A stretch of 64,000 nucleotides of DNA. Source: Eimeria praecox (taxonomy: Eukaryota). Numbering within the stretch: the stretch's first letter is position 1; each line of letters starts with the position of its first letter. Under the pieces are notes generated by a model. The model made no database searches and was not told the origin of the DNA. It worked only from the letters and a program-made list of their open reading frames with translations. The translations under genes and the position numbers were made by a program. Of this stretch, positions 1 to 12,509 are shown one piece after another. The stretch is taken from contig OY986949.1 of the NCBI GenBank assembly GCA_963920595.1, positions 682,001 through 746,000 on the forward strand. The letters run 5' to 3'.

Positions 1-720
1 TTTTACTCGGCTTCAAGCTTCGGCTATTCACCGCAAGGTGCATGGGCCAACCTTGAAGCCCAAGGAAAGATTTGTGGAGAATCTTCCCTTCTCCGACGCC
101 CATTCTGAGGCACCACTTGACGGATCGGATCCCCAACTATACGCATCCAGCAGCGACGAAGCCGCCCAGTCTACCCACCCACCTGCAATACTCGATCCCC
201 AACCGACCCAAACGCGACTCAACGGCGCCGTCGCAGAAGCGAAGCATCTCCACAAATCTTTTACTCGGCTTCAAGCTTCGGCTATTCTCCTGGCCTCCGC
301 CAGCCCGATGCAGATGCATATTGCCGTGACCACTCTCCGCAAGCAACAGAAACGAGATGCAGGACCCACTCTCCACAACAAACTGACACGCCTCAGGGAT
401 GCCTCCACGGGACACACACATCCGAAGACGTCTTCTTCTTCTGTCCATTGCTAAATGCTCCTCAGCAGCGCGAAAACGACCCTCTCGGTGCAAACCATAC
501 GCAGCAGTGGCGCGCATCCATCAAACATTCAACCAGGCCCCGCTATTCCAGTGCCACTACCAAAACGCACTCCGCAGCGAAGAAGCCTCCAAGCACTAGG
601 TGAACTTCCTCAAACGAACCAGCAGCTACCCTGGCCCTTGTCAAAGGCGCGTCATGCGCTTTCAACAGATTGCTTCCGGAGAGTCATCGCGGCAGTATGC
701 ATCTGCTTCGGGCTGGCGCA

Positions 721-974
721 CGCATGGTGAAGGGTCTAACCTTGAAGCCGAAGGAAAGATTTGTGGAGACGTTTTCCTTTTCCCGACGCCCACGCTTAGG
801 CAACGCTGGACGGATCCACAACTATACGCATGCAGCAGCGACGAGGAATCCGAGCCTACCCACCCACATGAAATACTCGATTCCCAACCGACCCCGACAC
901 ACCTCAACGGCGTCGTTGCAGAAGGGAAGCATCTCCACAAATCTTTTACTCGGCTTCAAGCTTCGGCTATTCAC
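721..974 (+). repeat. Sub-monomer A (254 bp), example copy
   Basis: Aligns end to end with 975-1232 (CGCATGGTGAAGGGTCTAACCTTGAAG vs CGCAAGGTGCATGGACCAACCTTGAAG; both end GGCTATTC[A/T]C). Confidence 0.93.
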
Positions 975-1035
975 CGCAAGGTGCATGGGCCAACCTTGAA
1001 GCCCAAGGAAAGATTTGTGGAGAATCTTCCCTTCT
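920..1035 (+). ncRNA. Hairpin H1: 56-bp ungapped stem with GCAA tetraloop, one per unit; candidate structured RNA or small-RNA precursor
   Basis: 920-975 pairs with 980-1035 in register; 47-48 of 56 positions pair (2 G-U); apex CACC-GCAA-GGTG. The inverted repeat is certain; RNA function is inferred. Confidence 0.45.
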
Positions 1036-1232
1036 CCGACGCCCATTCTGAGGCACCACTTGACGGATCGGATCCCCAGCTATACGCATCCAGCAGCGAC
1101 GAAGCCGCCCAGTCTACCCACCCACCTGCAATACTCGATCCCCAACCGACCCAAACGCGACTCAACGGCGCCGTCGCAGAAGCGAAGCATCTCCACAAAT
1201 CTTTTACTCGGCTTCAAGCTTCGGCTATTCTC
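975..1232 (+). repeat. Sub-monomer B (258 bp), example copy
   Basis: Paralog of monomer A with a GGATC duplication (+5) and a 1-bp deletion. 926-972 and 1184-1230 are identical over 47 nt. Confidence 0.93.
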
Positions 1233-1724
1233 CTGGCCTCCGCCAGCCCGATGCAGATACATATTGCCGTGACCACTCTCCGCAAGCAACAGAAACGAGA
1301 TGCAGGACCCACTCTCCACAACAAACTGACACGCCTCAGGGATGCCTCCACGGGACACACACATCCGAAGACGTCTTCTTCTTCTGTCCATTGCTAAATG
1401 CTCCTCAGCAGCGCGAAAACGACCCTCTCGGTGCAAACCATACGCAGCAGTGGCGCGCATCCATCAAACATTCAACCAGGCCCCGCTATTCCAGTGCCAC
1501 TACCAAAACGCACTCCGCAGCGAAGAAGCCTCCAAGCACTAGGTGAACTTCCTCAAACGAACCAGCAGCTACCCTGGCCCTTGTCAAAGGCGCGTCATGC
1601 GCTTTCAACAGATTGCTTCCGGAGAGTCATCGCGGCAGTATGCATCTGCTTCGGGCTGGCGCACGCATGGTGAAGGGTCTAACCTTGAAGCCGAAGGAAA
1701 GATTTGTGGAGACGTTTTCCTTTT
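1178..1724 (+). ncRNA. Hairpin H2: 112-bp ungapped stem around a 323-nt loop, one per unit; candidate long hairpin RNA
   Basis: 1178-1289 pairs with 1613-1724 in register. In the majority unit type 97 of 112 positions pair (90 Watson-Crick, 7 G-U). The basal 56 bp is homologous to H1. Confidence 0.4.
1233..1663. repeat. Segment C (431 bp) bounded by 51-bp imperfect inverted repeats (1239-1289 / 1613-1663), example copy
   Basis: Best copy is 18848-18898 vs the reverse complement of 19222-19272: 47/51 identical, first 25 bp perfect (TGCGCCAGCCCGAAGCAGATGCATA). Confidence 0.92.
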
Positions 1725-4700
1725 CCCGACGCCCACGCTTAGGCAACGCTGGACGGATCCACAACTATACGCATGCAGCAGCGACGAGGAATCCCAGCCT
1801 ACCCACCCACATGAAATACTCGATTCCCAACCGACCCCGACACACCTCAACGGCGTCGTTGCAGAAGGGAAGCATCTCCACAAATCTTTTACTCGGCTTC
1901 AAGCTTCGGCTATTCACCGCAAGGTGCATGGACCAACCTTGAAGCCCAAGGAAAGATTTGTGGAGAATCTTCCCTTCTCCGACGCCCATTCTGAGGCACC
2001 ACTTGACGGATCGGATCCCCAACTATACGCATCCAGCAGCGACGAAGCCGCCCAGTCTACCCACCCACCTGCAATACTCGATCCCCAACCGACCCAAACG
2101 CGACTCAACGGCGCCGTCGCAGAAGCGAAGCATCTCCACAAATCTTTTACTCGGATTCAAGCTTCGGCTATTCTCCTGGCCTCCGCCAGCCCGATGCAGA
2201 TGCATATTGCCGTGACCACTCTCCGCAAGCAACAGAAACGAGATGCAGGACCCACTCTCCACAACAAACTGACACGCCTCAGGGATGCCTCCACGGGACA
2301 CACACATCCGAAGACGTCTTCTTCTGTCCATTGCTAAATGCTCCTCAGCAGCGCGAAAACGACCCTCTCGGTGCAAACCATACGCAGCAGTGGCGCGCAT
2401 CCATCAAACATTCAACCAGGCCCCGCTATTCCAGTGCCACTACCAAAACCCACTCCGCAGCGAAGAAGCCTCCAAGCACTAGGTGAACTTCCTCAAACGA
2501 ACCAGCAGCTACCCTGGCCCTTGTCAAAGGCGCGTCATGCGCTTTCAACAGATTGCTTCCGGAGAGTCATCGCGGCAGTATGCATCTGCTTCGGGCTGGC
2601 GCACGCATGGTGAAGGGTCTAACCTTGAAGCCGAAGGAAAGATTTGTGGAGACGTTTTCCTTTTCCCGACGCCCACTCTTAGGCAACGCTGGACGGATCC
2701 ACAACTATACGCATGCAGCAGCGACGAGGAATCCCAGCCTACCCACCCACATGAAATACTCGATCCCCAACCGACCCAGACACGACTCAACGGCGTCGTC
2801 GCAGAAGGGAAGCATCACCACAAATCTTTTACTCGGCTTCAAGCTTCGGCTATTCACCGCAAGGTGCATGGACCAACCTTGAAGCCGAAGGAAAGATTTG
2901 TGGAGAATCTTCCCTTCTCCGACGCCCATTCTGAGGCACCACTTGACGGATCGGATCCCCAGCTATACGCATCCAGCAGCGACGAAGCCGCCCAGTCTAC
3001 CCACCCACCTGCAATACTCGATCCCCAACCGACCCAAACGCGACTCAACGGCGCCGTCGCAGAAGCGAAGCATCTCCACAAATCTTTTACTCGGCTTCAA
3101 GCTTCGGCTATTCTCCTGGCCTCCGCCAGCCCGATGCAGATGCATATTGCCGTGACCACTCTCCGCAAGCAACAGAAACGAGATGCAGGACCCACTCTCC
3201 ACAACAAACTGACACGCCTCAGGGATGCCTCCACGGGACACACACATCCGAAGACGTCTTCTTCTTCTGTCCATTGCTAAATGCTCCTCAGCAGCGCGAA
3301 AACGACCCTCTCGGTGCAAACCATACGCAGCAGTGGCGCGCATCCATCAAACATTCAACCAGGCCCCGCTATTCCAGTGCCACTACCAAAACCCACTCCG
3401 CAGCGAAGAAGCCTCCAAGCACTAGGTGAACTTCCTCAAACGAACCAGCAGCTACCCTGGCCCTTGTCAAAGGCGCGTCATGCGCTTTCAACAGATTGCT
3501 TCCGGAGAGTCATCGCGGCAGTATGCATCTGCTTCGGGCTGGCGCACGCATGGTGAAGGGTCTAACCTTGAAGCCGAAGGAAAGATTTGTGGAGACGTTT
3601 TCCTTTTCCCGACGCCCACGCTTAGGCAACGCTGGACGGATCCACAACTATACGCATGCAGCAGCGACGAGGAATCCCAGCCTACCCACCCACATGAAAT
3701 ACTCGATTCCCAACCGACCCCGACACACCTCAACGGCGTCGTTGCAGAAGGGAAGCATCTCCACAAATCTTTTACTCGGCTTCAAGCTTCGGCTATTCAC
3801 CGCAAGGTGCATGGACCAACCTTGAAGCCCAAGGAAAGATTTGTGGAGAATCTTCCCTTCTCCGACGCCCATTCTGAGGCACCACTTGACGGATCGGATC
3901 CCCAACTATACGCATCCAGCAGCGACGAAGCCGCCCACTCTACCCACCCACCTGCAATACTCGATCCCCAACCGACCCAAACGCGACTCAACGGCGCCGT
4001 CGCAGAAGCCAAGCATCTCCACAAATCTTTTACTCGGCTTCAAGCTTCGGCTATTCTCCTGGCCTCCGCCAGCCCGATGCAGATGCATATTGCCGTGACC
4101 ACTCTCCGCAAGCAACAGAAACGAGATGCAGGACCCACTCTCCACAACAAACTGACACGCCTCAGGGATGCCTCCACGGGACACACACATCCGAAGACGT
4201 CTTCTTCTTCTGTCCATTGCTAAATGCTCCTCAGCAGCGCGAAAACGACCCTCTCGGTGCAAACCATACGCAGCAGTGGCGCGCATCCATCAAACATTCA
4301 ACCAGGCCCCGCTATTCCAGTGCCACTACCAAAACGCACTCCGCAGCGAAGAAGCCTCCAAGCACTAGGTGAACTTCCTCAAACGAACCAGCAGCTACCC
4401 TGGCCCTTGTCAAAGGCGCGTCATGCGCTTTCAACAGATTGCTTCCGGAGAGTCATCACGGCAGTATGCATCTGCTTCGGGCTGGCGCACGCATGGTGAA
4501 GGGTCTAACCTTGAAGCCGAAGGAAAGATTTGTGGAGACGTTTTCCTTTTCCCGACGCCCACGCTTAGGCAACGCTGGACGGATCCACAACTATACGCAT
4601 GCAGCAGCGACGAGGAATCCCAGCCTACCCACCCACATGAAATACTCGATTCCCAACCGACCCCGACACACCTCAACGGCGTCGTTGCAGAAGGGAAGCA

Positions 4701-7197
4701 TCTCCACAAATCTTTTACTCGGCTTCAAGCTTCGGCTATTCACCGCAAGGTGCATGGGCCAACCTTGAAGCCCAAGGAAAGATTTGTGGAGAATCTTCCC
4801 TTCTCCGACGCCCATTCTGAGGCACCACTTGACGGATCGGATCCCCAGCTATACGCATCCAGCAGCGACGAAGCCGCCCACTCTACCCACCCACCTGCAA
4901 TACTCGATCCCCAACCGACCCAAACGCGACTCAACGGCGCCGTCGCAGAAGCCAAGCATCTCCACAAATCTTTTACTCGGCTTCAAGCTTCGGCTATTCT
5001 CCTGGCCTCCGCCAGCCCGAAGCAGATGCATATTGCCGTGACCACTCTCCGCAAGCAACAGAAACGAGATGCAGGACCCACTCTCCACAACAAACTGACA
5101 CGCCTCAGGGATGCTTCCACGGGACACACACATCCGAAGACGTCTTCTTCTTCTGTCCATTGCTAAATGCTCCTCAGCAGCGCGAAAACGACCCTCTCGG
5201 TGCAAACCATACGCAGCAGTGGCGCGCATCCATCAAACATTCAACCAGGCCCCGCTATTCCAGTGCCACTACCAAAACGCACTCCGCAGCGAAGAAGCCT
5301 CCAAGCACTAGGTGAACTTCCTCAAACGAACCAGCAGCTACCCTGGCCCTTGTCAAAGGCGCGTCATGCGCTTTCAACAGATTGCTTCCGGAGAGTCATC
5401 GCGGCAGTATGCATCTGCTTCGGGCTGGCGCACGCATGGTGAAGGGTCTAACCTTGAAGCCGAAGGAAAGATTTGTGGAGACGTTTTCCTTTTCCCGACG
5501 CCCACGCTTAGGCAACGCTGGACGGATCCACAACTATACGCATGCAGCAGCGACGAGGAATCCCAGCCTACCCACCCACATGAAATACTCGATCCCCAAC
5601 CGACCCCGACACACCTCAACGGCGTCGTTGCAGAAGGGAAGCATCTCCACAAATCTTTTACTCGGCTTCAAGCTTCGGCTATTCACCGCAAGGTGCATGG
5701 ACCAACCTTGAAGCCGAAGGAAAGATTTGTGGAGAATCTTCCCTTCTCCGACGCCCATTCTGAGGCACCACTTGACGGATCGGATCCCCAACTATACGCA
5801 TCCAGCAGCGACGAAGCCGCCCAGTCTACCCACCCACCTGCAATACTCGATCCCCAACCGACCCAAACGCGACTCAACGGCGCCGTCGCAGAAGCCAAGC
5901 ATCTCCACAAATCTTTTACTCGGCTTCAAGCTTCGGCTATTCTCCTGGCCTCCGCCAGCCCGAAGCAGATGCATATTGCCGTGACCACTCTCCGCAAGCA
6001 ACAGAAACGAGATGCAGGACCCACTCTCCACAACAAACTGACACGCCTCAGGGATGCTTCCACGGGACACACACATCCGAAGACGTCTTCTTCTTCTGTC
6101 CATTGCTAAATGCTCCTCAGCAGCGCGAAAACGACCCTCTCGGTGCAAACCATACGCAGCAGTGGCGCGCATCCATCAAACATTCAACCAGGCCCCGCTA
6201 TTCCAGTGCCACTACCAAAACGCACTCCGCAGCGAAGAAGCCTCCAAGCACTAGGTGAACTTCCTCAAACGAACCAGCAGCTACCCTGGCCCTTGTCAAA
6301 GGCGCGTCATGCGCTTTCAACAGATTGCTTCCGGAGAGTCATCACGGCAGTATGCATCTGCTTCGGGCTGGCACACGCATGGTGAAGGGTCTAACCTTGA
6401 AGCCGAAGGAAAGATTTGTGGAGACGTTTTCCTTTTCCCGACGCCCACGCTTAGGCAACGCTGGACGGATCCACAACTATACGCATGCAGCAGCGACGAG
6501 GAATCCCAGCCTACCCACCCACATGAAATACTCGATCCCCAACCGACCCCGACACACCTCAAAGGCGTCGTTGCAGAAGGGAAGCATCTCCACAAATCTT
6601 TTACTCGGCTTCAAGCTTCGGCTATTCACCGCAAGGTGCATGGACCAACCTTGAAGCCGAAGGAAAGATTTGTGGAGAATCTTCCCTTCTCCGACGCCCA
6701 TTCTGAGGCACCACTTGACGGATCGGATCCCCAACTATACGCATCCAGCAGCGACGAAGCCGCCCAGTCTACCCACCCACCTGCAATACTCGATCCCCAA
6801 CCGACCCAAACGCGACTCAACGGCGTCGTCGCAGAAGCGAAGCATCTCCACAAATCTTTTACTCGGCTTCAAGCTTCGGCTATTCTCCTGGCCTGCGCCA
6901 GCCCGAAGCAGATGCATATTGCCGTGACCACTCTCCGCAAGCAACAGAAACGAGATGCAGGACCCACTCTCCACAACAAACTGACACGCCACAGGGATGC
7001 TTCCACGGGACACACACATCCGAAGACGTCTTCTTCTTCTGTCCATTGCTAAATGCTCCTCAGCAGCGCGAAAACGACCCTCTCGGTGCAAACCATACGC
7101 AGCAGTGGCGCGCATCCATCAAACATTCAACCAGGCCCCGCTATTCCAGTGCCACTACCAAAACCCACTCCGCAGCGAAGAAGCCTCCAAGCACTAG

Positions 7198-7967
7198 GTG
7201 AACTTCCTCAAACGAACCAGCAGCTACCCTGGCCCTTGTCAAAGGCGCGTCATGCGCTTTCAACAGATTGCTTCCGGAGAGTCATCACGGCAGTATGCAT
7301 CTGCTTCGGGCTGGCACACGCATGGTGAAGGGTCTAACCTTGAAGCCGAAGGAAAGATTTGTGGAGACGTTTTCCTTTTTCCGACGCCCACGCTTAGGCA
7401 ACGCTGGACGGATCCACAACTATACGCATGCAGCAGCGACGAGGAATCCCAGCCTACCCACCCACATGAAATACTCGATTCCCAACCGACCCCGACACAC
7501 CTCAACGGCGTCGTTGCAGAAGGGAAGCATCTCCACAAATCTTTTACTCGGCTTCAAGCTTCGGCTATTCACCGCAAGGTGCATGGACCAACCTTGAAGC
7601 CGAAGGAAAGATTTGTGGAGAATCTTCCCTTCTCCGACGCCCATTCTGAGGCACCACTTGACGGATCGTCAACTACACGGATGCAGCAGCGACGAAGCCG
7701 CCCAGTCTACCCACCCACCTGCAATACTCGATCCCCAACCGACCCAAACGCGACTCAACGGGAGGGATGCTTCCACGGGACACACACATCCGAAGACGTC
7801 TTCTTCTTCTGTCCATTGCTAAATGCTCCTCAGCAGCGCGAAAACGACCCTCTCGGTGCAAACCATACGCAGCAGTGGCGCGCATCCATCAAACATTCAA
7901 CCAGGCCCCGCTATTCCAGTGCCACTACCAAAACCCACTCCGCAGCGAAGAAGCCTCCAAGCACTAG
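7198..7967. repeat. 770-bp deletion-variant unit (second copy 8911-9680)
   Basis: Junction CTCAACGG-G-AGGGATGC at ~7762 and ~9475 (169 bp replaced by 1 nt), plus a 5-bp-shorter divergent patch GGATCGTCAACTACACGGATGCAGC. Confidence 0.95.
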
Positions 7968-10900
7968 GTGAACTTCCTCAAACGAACCAGCAGCTACCCT
8001 GGCCCTTGTCAAAGGCGCGTCATGCGCTTTCAACAGATTGCTTCCGGAGAGTCATCACGGCAGTATGCATCTGCTTCGGGCTGGCACACGCATGGTGAAG
8101 GGTCTAACCTTGAAGCCGAAGGAAAGATTTGTGGAGACGTTTTCCTTTTTCCGACGCCCACGCTTAGGCAACGCTGGACGGATCCACAACTATACGCATG
8201 CAGCAGCGACGAGGAATCCCAGCCTACCCACCCACATGAAATACTCGATTCCCAACCGACCCCGACACACCTCAACGGCGTCGTTGCAGAAGGGAAGCAT
8301 CTCCACAAATCTTTTACTCGGCTTCAAGCTTCGGCTATTCACCGCAAGGTGCATGGACCAACCTTGAAGCCCAAGGAAAGATTTGTGGAGAATCTTCCCT
8401 TCTCCGACGCCCATTCTGAGGCACCACTTGACGGATCGGATCCCCAACTATACGCATCCAGCAGCGACGAAGCCGCCCAGTCTACCCACCCACCTGCAAT
8501 ACTCGATCCCCAACCGACCCAAACGCGACTCAACGGCGTCGTCGCAGAAGCGAAGCATCTCCACAAATCTTTTACTCGGCTTCAAGCTTCGGCTATTCTC
8601 CTGGCCTGCGCCAGCCCGAAGCAGATGCATATTGCCGTGACCACTCTCCGCAAGCAACAGAAACGAGATGCAGGACCCACTCTCCACAACAAACTGACAC
8701 GCCACAGGGATGCTTCCACGGGACACACACATCCGAAGACGTCTTCTTCTTCTGTCCATTGCTAAATGCTCCTCAGCAGCGCGAAAACGACCCTCTCGGT
8801 GCAAACCATACGCAGCAGTGGCGCGCATCCATCAAACATTCAACCAGGCCCCGCTATTCCAGTGCCACTACCAAAACCCACTCCGCAGCGAAGAAGCCTC
8901 CAAGCACTAGGTGAACTTCCTCAAACGAACCAGCAGCTACCCTGGCCCTTGTCAAAGGCGCGTCATGCGCTTTCAACAGATTGCTTCCGGAGAGTCATCA
9001 CGGCAGTATGCATCTGCTTCGGGCTGGCACACGCATGGTGAAGGGTCTAACCTTGAAGCCGAAGGAAAGATTTGTGGAGACGTTTTCCTTTTTCCGACGC
9101 CCACGCTTAGGCAACGCTGGACGGATCCACAACTATACGCATGCAGCAGCGACGAGGAATCCCATCCTACCCACCCACATGAAATACTCGATTCCCAACC
9201 GACCCCGACACACCTCAACGGCGTCGTTGCAGAAGGGAAGCATCTCCACAAATCTTTTACTCGGCTTCAAGCTTCGGCTATTCACCGCAAGGTGCATGGA
9301 CCAACCTTGAAGCCGAAGGAAAGATTTGTGGAGAATCTTCCCTTCTCCGACGCCCATTCTGAGGCACCACTTGACGGATCGTCAACTACACGGATGCAGC
9401 AGCGACGAAGCCGCCCAGTCTACCCACCCACCTGCAATACTCGATCCCCAACCGACCCAAACGCGACTCAACGGGAGGGATGCTTCCACGGGACACACAC
9501 ATCCGAAGACGTCTTCTTCTTCTGTCCATTGCTAAATGCTCCTCAGCAGCGCGAAAACGACCCTCTCGGTGCAAACCATACGCAGCAGTGGCGCGCATCC
9601 ATCAAACATTCAACCAGGCCCCGCTATTCCAGTGCCACTACCAAAACCCACTCCGCAGCGAAGAAGCCTCCAAGCACTAGGTGAACTTCCTCAAACGAAC
9701 CAGCAGCTACCCTGGCCCTTGTCAAAGGCGCGTCATGCGCTTTCAACAGATTGCTTCCGGAGAGTCATCGCGGCAGTATGCATCTGCTTCGGGCTGGCGC
9801 ACGCATGGTGAAGGGTCTAACCTTGAAGCCGAAGGAAAGATTTGTGGAGACGTTTTCCTTTTCCCGACGCCCACGCTTAGGCAACGCTGGACGGATCCAC
9901 AACTATACGCATGCAGCAGCGACGAGGAATCCCAGCCTACCCACCCACATGAAATACTCGATTCCCAACCGACCCCGACACACCTCAAAGGCGTCGTTGC
10001 AGAAGGGAAGCATCTCCACAAATCTTTTACTCGGCTTCAAGCTTCGGCTATTCACCGCAAGGTGCATGGACCAACCTTGAAGCCCAAGGAAAGATTTGTG
10101 GAGAATCTTCCCTTCTCCGACGCCCATTCTGAGGCACCACTTGACGGATCGGATCCCCAACTATACGCATCCAGCAGCGACGAAGCCGCCCACTCTACCC
10201 ACCCACCTGCAATACTCGATCCCCAACCGACCCAAACGCGACTCAACGGCGTCGTCGCAGAAGCGAAGCATCTCCACAAATCTTTTACTCGGCTTCAAGC
10301 TTCGGCTATTCTCCTGGCCTGCGCCAGCCCGAAGCAGATGCATATTGCCGTGACCACTCTCCGCAAGCAACAGAAACGAGATGCAGGACCCACTCTCCAC
10401 AACAAACTGACACGCCACAGGGATGCTTCCACGGGACACACACATCCGAAGACGTCTTCTTCTTCTGTCCATTGCTAAATGCTCCTCAGCAGCGCGAAAA
10501 CGACCCTCTCGGTGCAAACCATACGCAGCAGTGGCGCGCATCCATCAAACATTCAACCAGGCCCCGCTATTCCAGTGCCACTACCAAAACCCACTCCGCA
10601 GCGAAGAAGCCTCCAAGCACTAGGTGAACTTCCTCAAACGAACCAGCAGCTACCCTGGCCCTTGTCAAAGCCGCGTCATGCGCTTTCAACAGATTGCTTC
10701 CGGAGAGTCATCGCGGCAGTATGCATCTGCTTCGGGCTGGCGCACGCATGGTGAAGGGTCTAACCTTGAAGCCGAAGGAAAGATTTGTGGAGACGTTTTC
10801 CTTTTCCCGACGCCCACGCTTAGGCAACGCTGGACGGATCCACAACTATACGCATGCAGCAGCGACGAGGAATCCCAGCCTACCCACCCACATGAAATAC

Positions 10901-12509
10901 TCGATTCCCAACCGACCCCGACACACCTCAACGGCGTCGTTGCAGAAGGGAAGCATCTCCACAAATCTTTTACTCGGCTTCAAGCTTCGGCTATTCACCG
11001 CAAGGTGCATGGACCAACCTTGAAGCCGAAGGAAAGATTTGTGGAGAATCTTCCCTTCTCCGACGCCCATTCTGAGGCACCACTTGACGGATCGGATCCC
11101 CAACTATACGCATCCAGCAGCGACGAAGCCGCCCAGTCTACCCACCCACCTGCAATACTCGATCCCCAACCGACCCAAACGCGACTCAACGGCGCCGTCG
11201 CAGAAGCCAAGCATCTCCACAAATCTTTTACTCGGCTTCAAGCTTCGGCTATTCTCCTGGCCTCCGCCAGCCCGAAGCAGATGCATATTGCCGTGACCAC
11301 TCTCCGCAAGCAACAGAAACGAGATGCAGGACCCACTCTCCACAACAAACTGACACGCCTCAGGGATGCTTCCACGGGACACACACATCCGAAGACGTCT
11401 TCTTCTTCTGTCCATTGCTAAATGCTCCTCAGCAGCGCGAAAACGACCCTCTCGGTGCAAACCATACGCAGCAGTGGCGCGCATCCATCAAACATTCAAC
11501 CAGGCCCCGCTATTCCAGTGCCACTACCAAAACCCACTCCGCAGCGAAGAAGCCTCCAAGCACTAGGTGAACTTCCTCAAACGAACCAGCAGCTACCCTG
11601 GCCCTTGTCAAAGGCGCGTCATGCGCTTTCAACAGATTGCTTCCGGAGAGTCATCGCGGCAGTATGCATCTGCTTCGGGCTGGCGCACGCATGGTGAAGG
11701 GTCTAACCTTGAAGCCGAAGGAAAGATTTGTGGAGACGTTTTCCTTTTCCCGACGCCCACGCTTAGGCAACGCTGGACGGATCCACAACTATACGCATGC
11801 AGCAGCGACGAGGAATCCCAGCCTACCCACCCACATGAAATACTCGATTCCCAACCGACCCCGACACACCTCAACGGCGTCGTTGCAGAAGGGAAGCATC
11901 TCCACAAATCTTTTACTCGGCTTCAAGCTTCGGCTATTCACCGCAAGGTGCATGGACCAACCTTGAAGCCGAAGGAAAGATTTGTGGAGAATCTTCCCTT
12001 CTCCGACGCCCATTCTGAGGCACCACTTGACGGATCGGATCCCCAACTATACGCATCCAGCAGCGACGAAGCCGCCCACTCTACCCACCCACCTGCAATA
12101 CTCGATCCCCAACCGACCCAAACGCGACTCAACGGCGCCGTCGCAGAAGCGAAGCATCTCCACAAATCTTTTACTCGGCTTCAAGCTTCGGCTATTCTCC
12201 TGGCCTCCGCCAGCCCGAAGCAGATGCATATTGCCGTGACCACTCTCCGCAAGCAACAGAAACGAGATGCAGGACCCACTCTCCACAACAAACTGACACG
12301 CCTCAGGGATGCTTCCACGGGACACACACATCCGAAGACGTCTTCTTCTTCTGTCCATTGCTAAATGCTCCTCAGCAGCGCGAAAACGACCCTCTCGGTG
12401 CAAACCATACGCAGCAGTGGCGCGCATCCATCAAACATTCAACCAGGCCCCGCTATTCCAGTGCCACTACCAAAACCCACTCCGCAGCGAAGAAGCCTCC
12501 AAGCACTAG

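Noticed and set aside
1367..1378. 12-bp palindrome GAAGACGTCTTC in the H2 loop
   Set aside because: Short and adjacent to a TCT microrepeat; plausible by chance.
600..1397. 265-aa ORF repeated in every unit, plus the overlapping 66-126 aa ORFs on both strands
   Set aside because: GTG/TTG starts in a eukaryote, no recognisable domain, unit length not a multiple of 3, homologous A and B starts read in different frames, and frameshifting variants tolerated. Stop scarcity fits the composition and the internal inverted repeats.
721..1663. Tandem 5S rRNA, snRNA, tRNA or SL RNA gene array
   Set aside because: I found no 5S, U1/U2/U6 or tRNA signature motifs on either strand by eye. An Rfam cmscan would settle it.
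1233..1663. Confident MITE call for segment C
   Set aside because: No clear target-site duplication or transposase, and the inverted repeat continues in register into the flanks. Kept only as one hypothesis.
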